DNA of 58,848 nt, counting the filler, from Platydemus manokwari (lineage: Eukaryota): NCBI GenBank assembly GCA_037951405.1. It is 5 parts of 5 records of this genome, joined end to end, with 100 filler letters (N's around TTAATTAATTAA, not from the genome) between each part and the next. Parts side by side here need not be neighbours in the genome. Positions count along the whole stretch, not along the records: positions 1 to 10,371 come from JBBMOY011139217.1; positions 10,472 to 21,300 come from JBBMOY011102776.1; 3 more parts are not named here. One strand, 5' to 3'. Below, one piece after another: positions 1-11,292 of the stretch. A program made the translations under genes and the position numbers. The notes under the pieces are model-generated. The model was not told the origin of the DNA. It ran no database searches and worked only from the letters and a program-made list of their open reading frames with translations. Every line of letters begins with the position of its first letter. Position 1 is the stretch's first letter.

Positions 1-331
1 TATTAAAATTTTAATTATAACATTTTTTTAATAACATTATAAAAATATTTTTAATTATTTTAATAAATCCTCACAATTATTATTATTATTATATTAGAAA
101 GTTGTCAACATCAGAGTAACTTTAATCAAAATTAAAACATATTAGCGATATATATTTCGAAATAAATCTTTGTTAAAACAAAAACAGAGAGAAAAGAATC
201 AGAATTAATAGCCATATCAATGACTTCCGCTGAATATATATATTTACCATTATCTTTCCGATCTCTCACTATTATTAATGTTACTTGTTTTACAAATCAA
301 CTCATTTTTACCATTTACAAAAGCTGATTTC

Positions 332-1306
332 ATGAATCTGTTTATCTTTTTCTTGTTATCTCTAATCCACACATCAACCGCTTTACTTGGAGGGCTACTA
401 TCGGGTCTTACTGGTAAAAGTAATGGTTCAATTGTGGATGATGTGCTAAGTTTGCTTAATCCCAATAATAAAAATCCAAACAATAACCAAAATCCGACAA
501 CAATTGCAATGACCCTTAATCCAATTGATTCAAGAACTATTCCAAAAACAAACCCATTCACAGCATCTACGCCTACTCTGAATACCGATGATCAAACCAT
601 CACATTGTCTAAAACAGAAAGTGATAAGTTTTCCGATATTATTACTACTATTAGTTCATCAAAATCCTCTGTAATTACCAAATTTACAGATACCTCTGCT
701 GAATCCATTACAAACCCAACGTTCAAATTCTCGCATATCTCCAGCGCGATTAATCAATTAGTTACGACTTCTTCAATTGAGAAAAAGCCATCAATTATTA
801 CTGGTAATGAGAATAAGCATACTGACAGAAGTTCGTCTACTGAATCGTTTACAAACCCCTTAATTAAATCATCGATAATTCCAAATACCATTGGTCAACT
901 TATAACCTACTCATCAACGTCAACTATATCGATAAATAGTAAGGATAACGACAATAAACTGTCAAAAACTACCACTAGTTCATCAGCATTTGCTAATACA
1001 TTGGAGAACGTTGGCCCATCTTCTGCATCCTCATTTGAAAAATATGCTACCGAACCCATTCAATCAAAACCGAACACAGTCTCTAATAAACGATTGTTTT
1101 CAACAAGACAATTCTTTAGACAATTCTCTACTATTAAAACAAAAGATAGCGATCATGATTTCTCGATTTACGATATCGAATTAAGAAAAGAAATCTTCCA
1201 GAAATTATCGGCCAGCTCGGGCGTTGTAATTGTGCCGATTTTTGGAGTGGTTTGTTGTATTTTAATTTCGTTTTTCATGTGCAAACTTCAATGGAAAGTG
1301 TTTTAG
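332..1306 (+). CDS. Intronless secreted or membrane-anchored Ser/Thr-rich mucin-like protein (~324 aa)
   Basis: ATG at 332 gives MNLFIFFLLSLIHTSTA, a signal-peptide-like start. A long S/T-rich low-complexity body follows, then a hydrophobic C-terminus (SASSGVVIVPIFGVVCCILISFF; TM or GPI signal). AATAAA at 1503-1508. The ORF track's ATG at 278 is less likely. Confidence 0.7.
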   Translation: MNLFIFFLLSLIHTSTALLGGLLSGLTGKSNGSIVDDVLSLLNPNNKNPNNNQNPTTIAMTLNPIDSRTIPKTNPFTASTPTLNTDDQTITLSKTESDKFSDIITTISSSKSSVITKFTDTSAESITNPTFKFSHISSAINQLVTTSSIEKKPSIITGNENKHTDRSSSTESFTNPLIKSSIIPNTIGQLITYSSTSTISINSKDNDNKLSKTTTSSSAFANTLENVGPSSASSFEKYATEPIQSKPNTVSNKRLFSTRQFFRQFSTIKTKDSDHDFSIYDIELRKEIFQKLSASSGVVIVPIFGVVCCILISFFMCKLQWKVF

Positions 1307-2679
1307 TCATTCAAAATACAGTTCTATCAACTATAAATCATCCCAATTGATTTAAATGTTAAGTTTAGATTTGATTTTAACTTTCTCTTATCAATTGGAT
1401 ATTTTTCTGCTTGTCATATATGTATTTGTATGTTGAAAAATCATTTAATTGTCTTGAATCTCGATATAGTTTTTGATGTCTGATCATACAAATATTTTTG
1501 CAAATAAAATGATCATTTTTCAATTCATTTTAAAATATGGATTTATTTCTATCATTGGTCGAACTGTCTCCTACAAATAATCGATAATGAACATATTCGA
1601 ATGAAGATAACTTATTTGTTACTGTTGCTTTCAAACAAGATCCCACAATATCCACTGGTTACACCATGGTAAACTCATGGCCAGCCACTTGTGTTCAAAA
1701 CGTATCCAGTTAAACATAGGAACCATTTTTCAATAATTTTTCTGCACGAGAACGTCGTTTTTTCGGTTGTTAGTCATAGTCCGTATATAAAAATGGAAAG
1801 GCCATTTGTCATTCAAGCTTTTATCAAATACCGGATCTAATACTCGAAAGTGGTTTTTTACAATATTCCGTCGTTACACGTACCGGCATTTCAAATGAAA
1901 CGAAGCCAAGGTTAAGATTTGCAATATTTTGCACCTTTTGTAAGAGTATTGTTAGCAATTTTTAAAAATAAGATGAATTGCATGAGATTTGGCAATGCCA
2001 CGTTGGGGGATTGTAAAGGGTTTCATATTCACAAAATGTTGACAACGTTGGGATTTTAGATTTCATTGCATGAGTTAAATAAATAATAAATATAATCGAA
2101 TTCAATAAAATGAAATCATTTTAATATTGGGGATATAAGAATCAAAAAATCAGTATTTATCTGTTATAAAACCACGAATTTAGCTTTGAAAATGTAATGA
2201 GTGGATAGAAATGTTTGAACATTATAATTATTATTAATCTCTTTATGATTTCGGTATAAATTGTTTTATCAAATAAATTCAAGCAACAAATATAAATATA
2301 AATATTTGTTTAAACAAGTATACTTTACTTTATTAAGAAATATGTTTGTTATAATAATATATAATTATTATTAATTATATCTTACAATTGTAGATTGTTT
2401 ATAACAAAATATTTTGTTAGGATTTATAAATATATTCAAAATAAATATTATTTATGGACTTGATAATTTGTAAAATAATATTTTTCTATTTATATTTATT
2501 TCTTTTCTGATGTGCTTGGTTTAATTGGTATTTATATCGATTTGATAATACCAGCTTGCATTATCAGCTCTTTCGGACCAGTACAGTCAGTGTTATCTTG
2601 TCAGAAAATGACTTTTTTACATTTGTTTTATCCATATTTGGACGAGTGGTGATTAGTTTAATTAGCAATTAATATGCTT

Positions 2680-3170
2680 TTGATAATTTATATTATTATT
2701 TTATTTATTATTTTATATATTATTTTATTTATTATATTATTTATTATATTATTTATTATTTTATTCATCATAATTTTTTTCATTTTAAACTTTATATTTT
2801 TATAAATTATTTAAGTTTAAATAATGTATTTCGTGATAAATAGTTATTGTTTTATATTTAATTTAATTAAATTATAAAATTAAATTAAATCTGTAAATTA
2901 ATTAAAAATTATTAAATTAATTAAATTACTATTAGCATTATTATTAAAAATATTATTGACATTATTAAATTAATTAACATTATTTATTTAATTAAAAATC
3001 ATTAAATTAATATAAATTATTAAATTAATTTAAATTATTAAATTGATAAAAGTTTTTTAATTAATTAAAATTAATAAATTAATTAAACTTTATTTAATTA
3101 AAAAATATAATCTTAAAATTGTATTAATAATAATTACTGATTATTATTATTATTATTTTACTATAATAAT
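2680..3170. repeat. Almost pure-AT low-complexity / degenerate minisatellite (TTATTATATT and TAAATTATTAAATTAAT-like units)
   Basis: Degenerate tandem units are directly visible, with almost no G or C. Confidence 0.75.
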
Positions 3171-3276
3171 AAAAGTACTTAATTTCTCATAAAAGAAAGT
3201 ATATTTAATTTTTCATTTTTATTTCAAACGATTCTTCTGTATTAAATGTCAATAGTTAATTTAAAATAAATTGCAA

Positions 3277-3362
3277 CGTGCTATGCCTCTACTGTTCCGA
3301 TGACGTCACGAATAGAAGCTTTCAGACTCAAGCAGGTCAAAATCAATTTTAAAAAACCAAAC
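3277..3362 (+). repeat. Dispersed ~90 bp repeat, copy 1 (copy 2 at 46386-46472), containing TGACGTCA
   Basis: GATGACGTCACGAATAGAAGCTTTCAGACTCAAGCAGGTCAAAATC aligns with GATGACGTCACGAATCAAAAGGTTATAGACCCAAGCAGGTCTAAATC on contig 4. Confidence 0.7.
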
Positions 3363-4192
3363 GAATTTGTATCTAAATAAATCTTGTAACACATAACAGT
3401 AATCAATGTATTGAATCATTGAAAGTAAAGCTAATACATCATCAATTCGATACAGTTAAACTTATTAATGTCGATTTGATATATATTTATAAATGATATC
3501 GTTTTGAGATTGTTTGAAGAGACGATGATAGATAGATAATGGATGTTAGTTGATCTGATGGAATCATCAGTATTGTGTGTACCGGAAATATTATTAATAT
3601 TTAGATTATTTTTTTATTGTTATCAATTGGTCGATGAATTGGTAGATAAATTATAGCAAATCTCGTGAGATTTTCTGGTCAAAAGTAACAATAATACCAG
3701 TTTATTGTATTTCAATTTAGAAAATGTTTCGCTTAGTTGAGTTTTATAAATTTTGCATGACCCTGTTATGCAGAGTTTATATGACAAATAAATTCCTCGA
3801 AACATCGATCAATATTTGGCACTCAGTGATATAAACGTCAGTCGGTGCAGATATATATTTAATATAATTGGTGTAGTTATGCACATTCTGATAAAACTCA
3901 TACAATAGAATTAATTAAGTAGAAATGTTTTGAAATACTATTGTCGTAAATGGAAAATGGTTCCAGTATTCATCGGATATGGAAGAGAGGTATTCAATGA
4001 TGTTTAACAAATACAAATTTAGCTATTCCATTGTTGTGAATATCCATCATCATATTTAAGTTTTATTTATCAAAACCAACAATAAACTTGATGGTAAATT
4101 ATCTGTCGAGAGACAAAAGATAATTCTAATATAATTATGTATCCACCGGAATTCTATTAATCAAGTGTAAGAATATTGATCTGCTGTCTGAT

Positions 4193-7100
4193 ATGAGAGG
4201 ACCAAGTCTTATTTTATGGATTCTTTGGACAAAAGATTTCATAACCGATAATACTGGTCTGCCAATTCCTACTGGTATTCCCACAGCGAACGTATCTAAC
4301 AATACCTATACATTGGGTATTGGTTTTGGGAGCCCGGACAGTACTGTTGGTTCGATTTTATCAGCAAGAAGTGTTTACAGTGCGTTCAGTAATCAAATAC
4401 CAACGGAATTTATCGCAGCAGGTTATAACAGAACGATAAAATAGCTTTTTCATCATAATGTTGTTCAGAAACCAACAAAATGAATGTAAAAATCATGGAT
4501 AATACCATTGTGACGGCGGGTACCAATATAACGACTGGCCTTATAAGTCCATTAGTAAGTACAAATTCTTCAAATATTTCAGACAAAACGCCTGACAATC
4601 CGAGTTCGATTTACATAAACAAAACTAATACAAACACAAACATCGCTACTGATCCCGGTATCACCGGTTATGCGAATATAACGAATAGTAACATGATATC
4701 ATATAATACCAGTCCATCTAACAACAGAATATCAGAAACAAGTGATAATACCTTTAAACCCATGGGTGATTTGACATTACCTTCACTACCAGAAACCATT
4801 TCTCCTTCAAATTTATCAAATATCATCGATGTGAGATCGAAAATCACAATTAATGTATTGCCTAACAATACTCTAAATGTCACATCTACCGACTCAATCA
4901 GTTCAAACAATCTCAATAACATAAATATTGAAGATAAGACAGATACTGAAAAACAAGATATAATGCTCATGACGGCCACAACAAGGACGTTTATATCGAG
5001 CTCTGTAAATCAATTAGAATCAAATACAGTGAAGCCATTTAACAAATATCAAGGCGAAAATATTGATATCACTACAGACGGTGTTACACCAGAAAATATC
5101 ACAAGTCAAACAATCAATACATCTCGACATCATAATAATAATGTATCCGATGTAGTCAGCATGATTGGTAACACAAACCATCACGCTTATCCTGATTCTT
5201 TAATTACAACCGATTCTACCACAACACCAAATCCAATTATGTCTGAGAGTCAAACAAATCAATCAACAATCATGGCCGATACAAGCCTCAATGTTTCGAC
5301 TTATTCGAGCATTTACAACACTTATCATAATAAATCTCATATGGCTTCAACGAACACACAAATAGGCAATATCACGAATATCAATACTTATTCCAATTCG
5401 AACGACATAAACATCACAATCAATAGCAATACATTCAACACAAATACTCCTAGCAAAATCGATAATATCAAAACCACACCAATTAATACTAGTAATGTTG
5501 ATAATATTACTCTTTCACATACTATTCAATACAGTTTCAATATATCGACAATCACATCAAAATCAAATACTCCAACGGTTCCAATATCATCTCACAATAC
5601 TTCACAAATTGGTACCGCAACCATTCATTCAAATACAAATTTATCAAATGCTCCAACAACCATTGATACAACATCAACATCCATCAAAACAATATTCTCA
5701 ACTAATTTACGTCAAATGATGGACAACAATTCATCAAACAATCATTCTAATATCGACACTAATATGCCGAATATCACAAACAATATTTATGCCACATCAA
5801 ATACTCAATATTCTAACAAATCAAATAACATTGATAATCAATCCATTACCGCCAAGGCAATCATTATCAATACTACACCAATTAATACTAGTAATGTTGA
5901 TAATAGTACTCTTTCACATACTATTCAATACAGTTTCAATATATCGACAATCACATCAAAATCAAATACTCCAACGGTTCCAANNNNNNNNNNNNNNNNN
6001 NNNNNNNNNNNNNNNNNNNNNNNNNNNNNNNNNNNNNNNNNNNNNNNNNNNNNNNNNNNNNNNNNNNNNNNNNNNNNNNNNNNAATTTATCAAATGCTCC
6101 AACAACCATTGATACAACATCAACATCCATCAAAACAATATTCTCAACTAATTTACGTCACATGATGGACAACAGTTCATCAAACAATCATTCTAATATC
6201 GATACTAATGTACCGAATATCACAAACAATATTTATACCACATCAAATACTCAATATTCTAACAAATCAAATAACATTGATAATCAATCCAATACCAACA
6301 ATCCAAACATTATCAATACTACACCGATTAATACTAGTAATGTTGATAATAGTACTCTTTCACATACTATTCAAAGCAGTTTCAATATATCGACAATCAC
6401 ATCAAAATCAAATACTACAACTTCTCTAAAGCAATTTCACAGTACTTTATTCAATATCACAGATATCATAGGTATTTCTAGTTTACCAAATATAACTTAT
6501 TCTGTCAACATCGTTGACGATAAATATGCGATTTCCGGTTCTTCAAGAACTTCAATGAAAGCGCCCGCGATAACTAATACCGTGGAGTCTGACAATAATT
6601 TTTCATTTTTGACAAATTCTGTATCTAATCATTCTACAATGTCACCCAATAACAACTTAAAGATTTCGGTTGGTACATCAATCCACAACAATATATCACC
6701 TATCAACTCTTATCACAATCCATATAAAATCGATAATAAGAACATTAACAATACATTGATCACTGATAATCTTACTGAATCTCAGGTTATAACAACTAAA
6801 ATGGAATCAGAAAATGTTACAAATTCTCCAATCACATTTTATGCGACCTCGAAAATAATGGCAAATGCAGATAATATCAATAATATTTCCAAAATAATAG
6901 GCAATACTTATTTTATCTCATCTACTAATATGACAAATCAATTCACAACCAGTTTCCCAAACAATTCCAATACTGATTCGGTTACTCCTAATTCTAAAAG
7001 TATTACATCTAATAGAAACATTACTGATTCCTATCTCGCAAACAATTCAATTTTGTCTTTTTCAACTGCCGTGGTCAATGATATTAAAGGATCCATTACA

Positions 7101-8885
7101 GATTTCAGTAAAATTTTCACTAATTCTCCCAATATAATTCATCCTTACACCAGTAGCCATATTGATCCACAAATAACCCCGTCATTGAGCTTAATTTATA
7201 AAGGCTCTGCAACTGTGTCCTTTAATTCTTCTGATTTAACAAGAGTCAATACATATGATCACACTCAAGAATCAGATAAGCCAACAAACAATGATAGCAA
7301 TTCGATTTACACAACTGATACTATTTCAATCTCTACAACAAATACCAAATCATGGAATTTATCAAAAACGTTTGAAACAACTCTCAGAAACAATGAACAT
7401 TATTCTGGGTTCAATTTTTCCAAAATAGATCTCACTGGTTCAGCTACCGGTGTTAATGCAATCATCACCAATAATCCAGAAATAATTGATGCCGTAATAA
7501 ATGTCTCTGCAAGTACAGGTTCTAGCTCCACTATTAAAATAAATACAAATAGTAATACCGCCAATCAATCAATTGATGTAACAGATATTGGAATCACTTA
7601 TCCCAATAATATCAATGTCCACAATTATCTTACTACACGAACAGATAATTCAACACACCACAATACTTCAATACCAATCGATTCTCTAGCTCGTGCTGAT
7701 ACTTCTCCAATTGTCATTCAAACTACATTCAGCACATCACCACAAATCTTTCAAGATGTCGATTCAACAACTTTGGAGAAAGGATTGGTTTCCAGTTATG
7801 AAATCCAAAACAAAACCAATCCATCTTTCAAGGAAAATAAATTTTTCACTTCGTCTAAAAACACTATAAATTTTAGATCAACCAGCAGTCCAAACAATCA
7901 ACCCGTCACTGATTCATCGGTCATATCAAACGCAACAACACAATCGAACATAATCAATACAAATAACTTTACCAATCCCAATATTAATAAATCAAATAGT
8001 ATCGCTGATTCAACGATTTACAACAATTTCAACGTATTATTCAATAGTTCTTCAATCAAATCGAATGAATATTTTAGACGTTCGTCAATCAATCCTGTTA
8101 CGAATTCTAAATTCACTAATATTGACAACACTATTACTAATCCAACATCCAGTAACATAACTCTTCCAGATACGAAAATCGCCACAACCTTTTCCAGTTT
8201 CCCAAACAACCTTTCGAGTACTTCAACCAAATCATCGAACTTAATTGATAACACTTCTCCGGTCTCAAAAATCGAAGGTATCATTGGACAAGTATTGTTA
8301 CTGATACCAATTTGAATGATTCAGATATCTCAACCAATTCTTTAAATAATCATTCAACAACAACAAAGAATTATTTAATAAATCCATCCCCGCTGACAGT
8401 CGGTATTGATTCCAATATCTCAACAAATTCACTTCATTTCAATTCCAATTTCTCGCATAACTCGACGTCCACAGTTGTTCCAAATATTGCTAGATCCAGT
8501 TCACAATTCAACAAATATTCGACCTATAAGAGTTTCAAAGAAAACATTGCATCGAAATCCATAGCACCAATGCAAACTCATTGGGGTGATCTTAGTAATT
8601 AATGTGATAGTTATTACTAATTAACTTTCAGAAAAAATTGATAAATATCAGAAAACTACTGTTGGATTGATCTTGAAGGACTATAAAACTTCCAAAAATA
8701 TTGCTTCGAATCTGCCAAACAACCCGATTATTACCAGTTTACGAACAATATCATATTTAAAAAGAATCGCTACGAATACTTTATTTCCCAAATTTCACAA
8801 TATTTTCAATAATACCCCGTCTATAACAGCAATTAAAAGTTTCTGTTTATTAATATATCTGATTTCAATTGATAATATTCCATAA
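4193..8885 (+). CDS. Giant Asn/Thr/Ser-rich mucin-like glycoprotein; model exons 4193-4421, 4469-8277, 8325-8585, 8632-8885 (at least ~1501 aa)
   Basis: ORFs 4480-6165 and 6162-8315 become one frame when the N gap is resized from the repeat (53 nt + n x 399). Three phase-compatible GT..AG introns of 47, 47 and 46 nt (4422-4468, 8278-8324, 8586-8631) join the flanking ORFs. N-x-S/T sequons are very dense. The terminal exons are less certain than the core. Confidence 0.65.
5473..6417 (+). repeat. Coding tandem repeat with a 399-bp (133-aa) unit; at least two full copies plus a partial third, spanning an assembly gap
   Basis: The unit start TTPINTSNVDN lies at 5473, 5872 and 6318. Copies are nearly identical. 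The 100-N gap at 5984-6083 replaces what is 53 nt in copy 1 (5585-5637). Confidence 0.9.
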
Positions 8886-9076
8886 ACAACTAGCTTTACT
8901 TATCCTATTTAAATACAAAGTTCTTTTATTTTAGTACTTTGAGGAATTCCCTATTTTTACTCTTTGCAACATCACGTGACTGCTAAATAATTTATGATAT
9001 TCAGAGAATTTTAAAATAAACTTAAAATATAAAGTCAAATTATATTAAAATAAAGAAACAATTGGTTCCTATATAC

Positions 9077-9460
9077 CAGTGATTCCCAAAGTGGACGCTG
9101 CAAAGATCAAGAGAGTCGGGGTGAATACAAGCTCATTTAGGAGCGATAATATTATAAGAATGTAAGAAAAGTATTATTAAAAATTTTGATGTATATCGTT
9201 TGCTCAAAACGCTTAATTTGTTTTTAAACAACATACTGTAGGTTCTCACTAATTTTTATTGCAGTATGTGTGATCGCGCATTCAATGCTACTGCTTGTGT
9301 GTTTTGTCGCTTGCAACACCGAAGTCTGGTAGTAGAGCGATAGTAATTCACTGTAATGATTAACTGAAATAAAACTAAAAAAGGTTAGTTTGTTGTGTTA
9401 TTATGAGAAGTTAAAATTAAGTAACAAAAGATAGTAACATAAAGAATTTTTATAAATTTT
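9077..9460 (+). mobile_element. 5' end of a hAT (Charlie/Buster-like) DNA transposon relic
   Basis: Begins CAGTGATTCCCAAAGTG, a typical hAT terminus, followed by less AT-rich subterminal sequence. I found no matching 3' end, so the end coordinate is approximate. Confidence 0.5.
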
Positions 9461-10371
9461 TGCTAATACTAAAAGATGGGGTTTGAGATTTTTTTCAATA
9501 CTGCTAGCTATAAAGGAGTAGAAATCTGGTTTATATACGGACTGCGTATATGAATTTAAAATTTAACAACCAGTTATCCCCAGAAGCGTTCTATCATGAC
9601 ATTTGAATTATCGTTATTTTAGGGCTAGGACTAAATTAAGTACTTTACAAAATCTTCTAAAGCTTTATCAAAGTACAATCATCTTTTTGTACCATATTAA
9701 TTAGAATGATTAGATGAAATGCTTAATTTCTTATTAACTGAAGAACTGACTTCAACTTGTGAATGAACCGATTAACTTAATTCTTCCCATTTATCATTTA
9801 AAATTTTTTGTTGGTATTCTAATAATCCAAAATACTTTTATTAAAAACAATAACGGATAACTCCAAATAATTTCCTTACTCCATCGTCTACATTATTGAA
9901 TATTTAATGTTTCCATAGAAATGGATGTATTTGAATTAGAAGACGAATAAAATTATTAATATAATTCAAGTAATATGCATGATCTAATACAACCCGAAAT
10001 TTTAAAATATTTTTGATGGAACAATTTAATACTGTCAGGAATATTGTTTGCAGTTATGCGTTTTTTAAAAGAAACCATGATTATTTTATAAAATTTGATT
10101 AATTTTAAAACTGTTTCTTACTTTATTTAAAATTAAAACAATCCAATAATTAAATAACTTCCACAGTTTATGTGAATATAACATGTTAACGAAATATTTA
10201 TCATTTTTTTAATCGATTCGAAATTAAAAATTCTATTTTTCGTAATATCATCAAAACATTTTTTTATTAAGTTTTTTTTTGTAATATTAAAATTAATTTG
10301 AATTAAGTCTAATGTTTCACAAATTTAGATTTAATGTATTTATTAGATATTCTAATAATTATTATCAATGA

Positions 10372-10471
10372 NNNNNNNNNNNNNNNNNNNNNNNNNNNNN
10401 NNNNNNNNNNNNNNNTTAATTAATTAANNNNNNNNNNNNNNNNNNNNNNNNNNNNNNNNNNNNNNNNNNNN
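10372..10471. other. Artificial contig linker (N44-TTAATTAATTAA-N44)
   Basis: Exactly 100 bp, with a palindrome giving stops in all six frames. The identical structure occurs four times in the window. Confidence 0.97.
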
Positions 10472-11292
10472 TGTGTATTATGGAATGAAATATTTTGACA
10501 ATTAATTAGCGCCGGTAAATCAGTATTTAATATGATTGTGAAATTTATAACCATTTTTAAATGGAAATTTGGTTTTGAAAGGTTAAAATGACTTATACCA
10601 CTTTCATAATCAAGGGATCATATATCAATCAATTACAGAATTCTGTAACTTTCAATATTTTTTGAATCAATATATTATTTCTATTAATGATTCTTGGACT
10701 CTGTTATAAATTATTATTATCGATATTATTGTAATTATTATCTCAATTATTAATATTAATATAATAATAATTATTATTATTTATTATCAACGTTGTATTA
10801 GTTTATTAGATTATATTAATTATTATTATAACTATAATTAAAATATTTTAAAAAATATCGACACTACCAACGATAGATCAACTTCCTGTTCGACGATATC
10901 CGTTAGGACTTTATAACCTATCTATAATGATTTCATCTCAGCTTTATATCCGTTTATTCCTACGAATTATTATTTATCTAATTTATATAAAATAATTCAT
11001 ATTATCAGCTTAAAGTAAATATATGAAATATTTTCTTTTAGTCCCACTAAAAAACGTAATTCCGGCGTCCCATTCACAGTGGCTTCTTATATGCAATGGG
11101 TATTTTTTTATTTTAAAATTGTATTGTATGGTTGTGTCCATGAGACATGGTGTGTGTTGGTTGTTCTTGTCATTTATTAAATGTCTTTCTATGTGAAATG
11201 AGTTTCTTTGGGATCTTTAAGAATGGTGTTTTCAACAATATTTTTTTGAGATTACCAATGAAAAATTGTATGATTAAATATCTCTATTGTAG

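Noticed and set aside
250-561. Antisense and alternate-frame ORFs over real genes (also 4668-4979, 8018-8284, 16191-16394, 17091-17396, 50513-50713)
   Set aside because: They are shadows of the main reading frames, with no independent features.
1600-1985. GC-richer island with short protein-like minus-strand frames
   Set aside because: Stops occur in all frames and I recognise no motif; possibly decayed coding or TE DNA.
5473-6417. Long direct repeats as an array or LTR pair
   Set aside because: The unit is a multiple of 3, in frame and has no spacers; it is a coding tandem repeat.
10416-10427. Repeated TTAATTAATTAA palindrome as a biological site or CRISPR-like repeat
   Set aside because: It is always centred in N44/N44 padding, so it is a synthetic stop linker.
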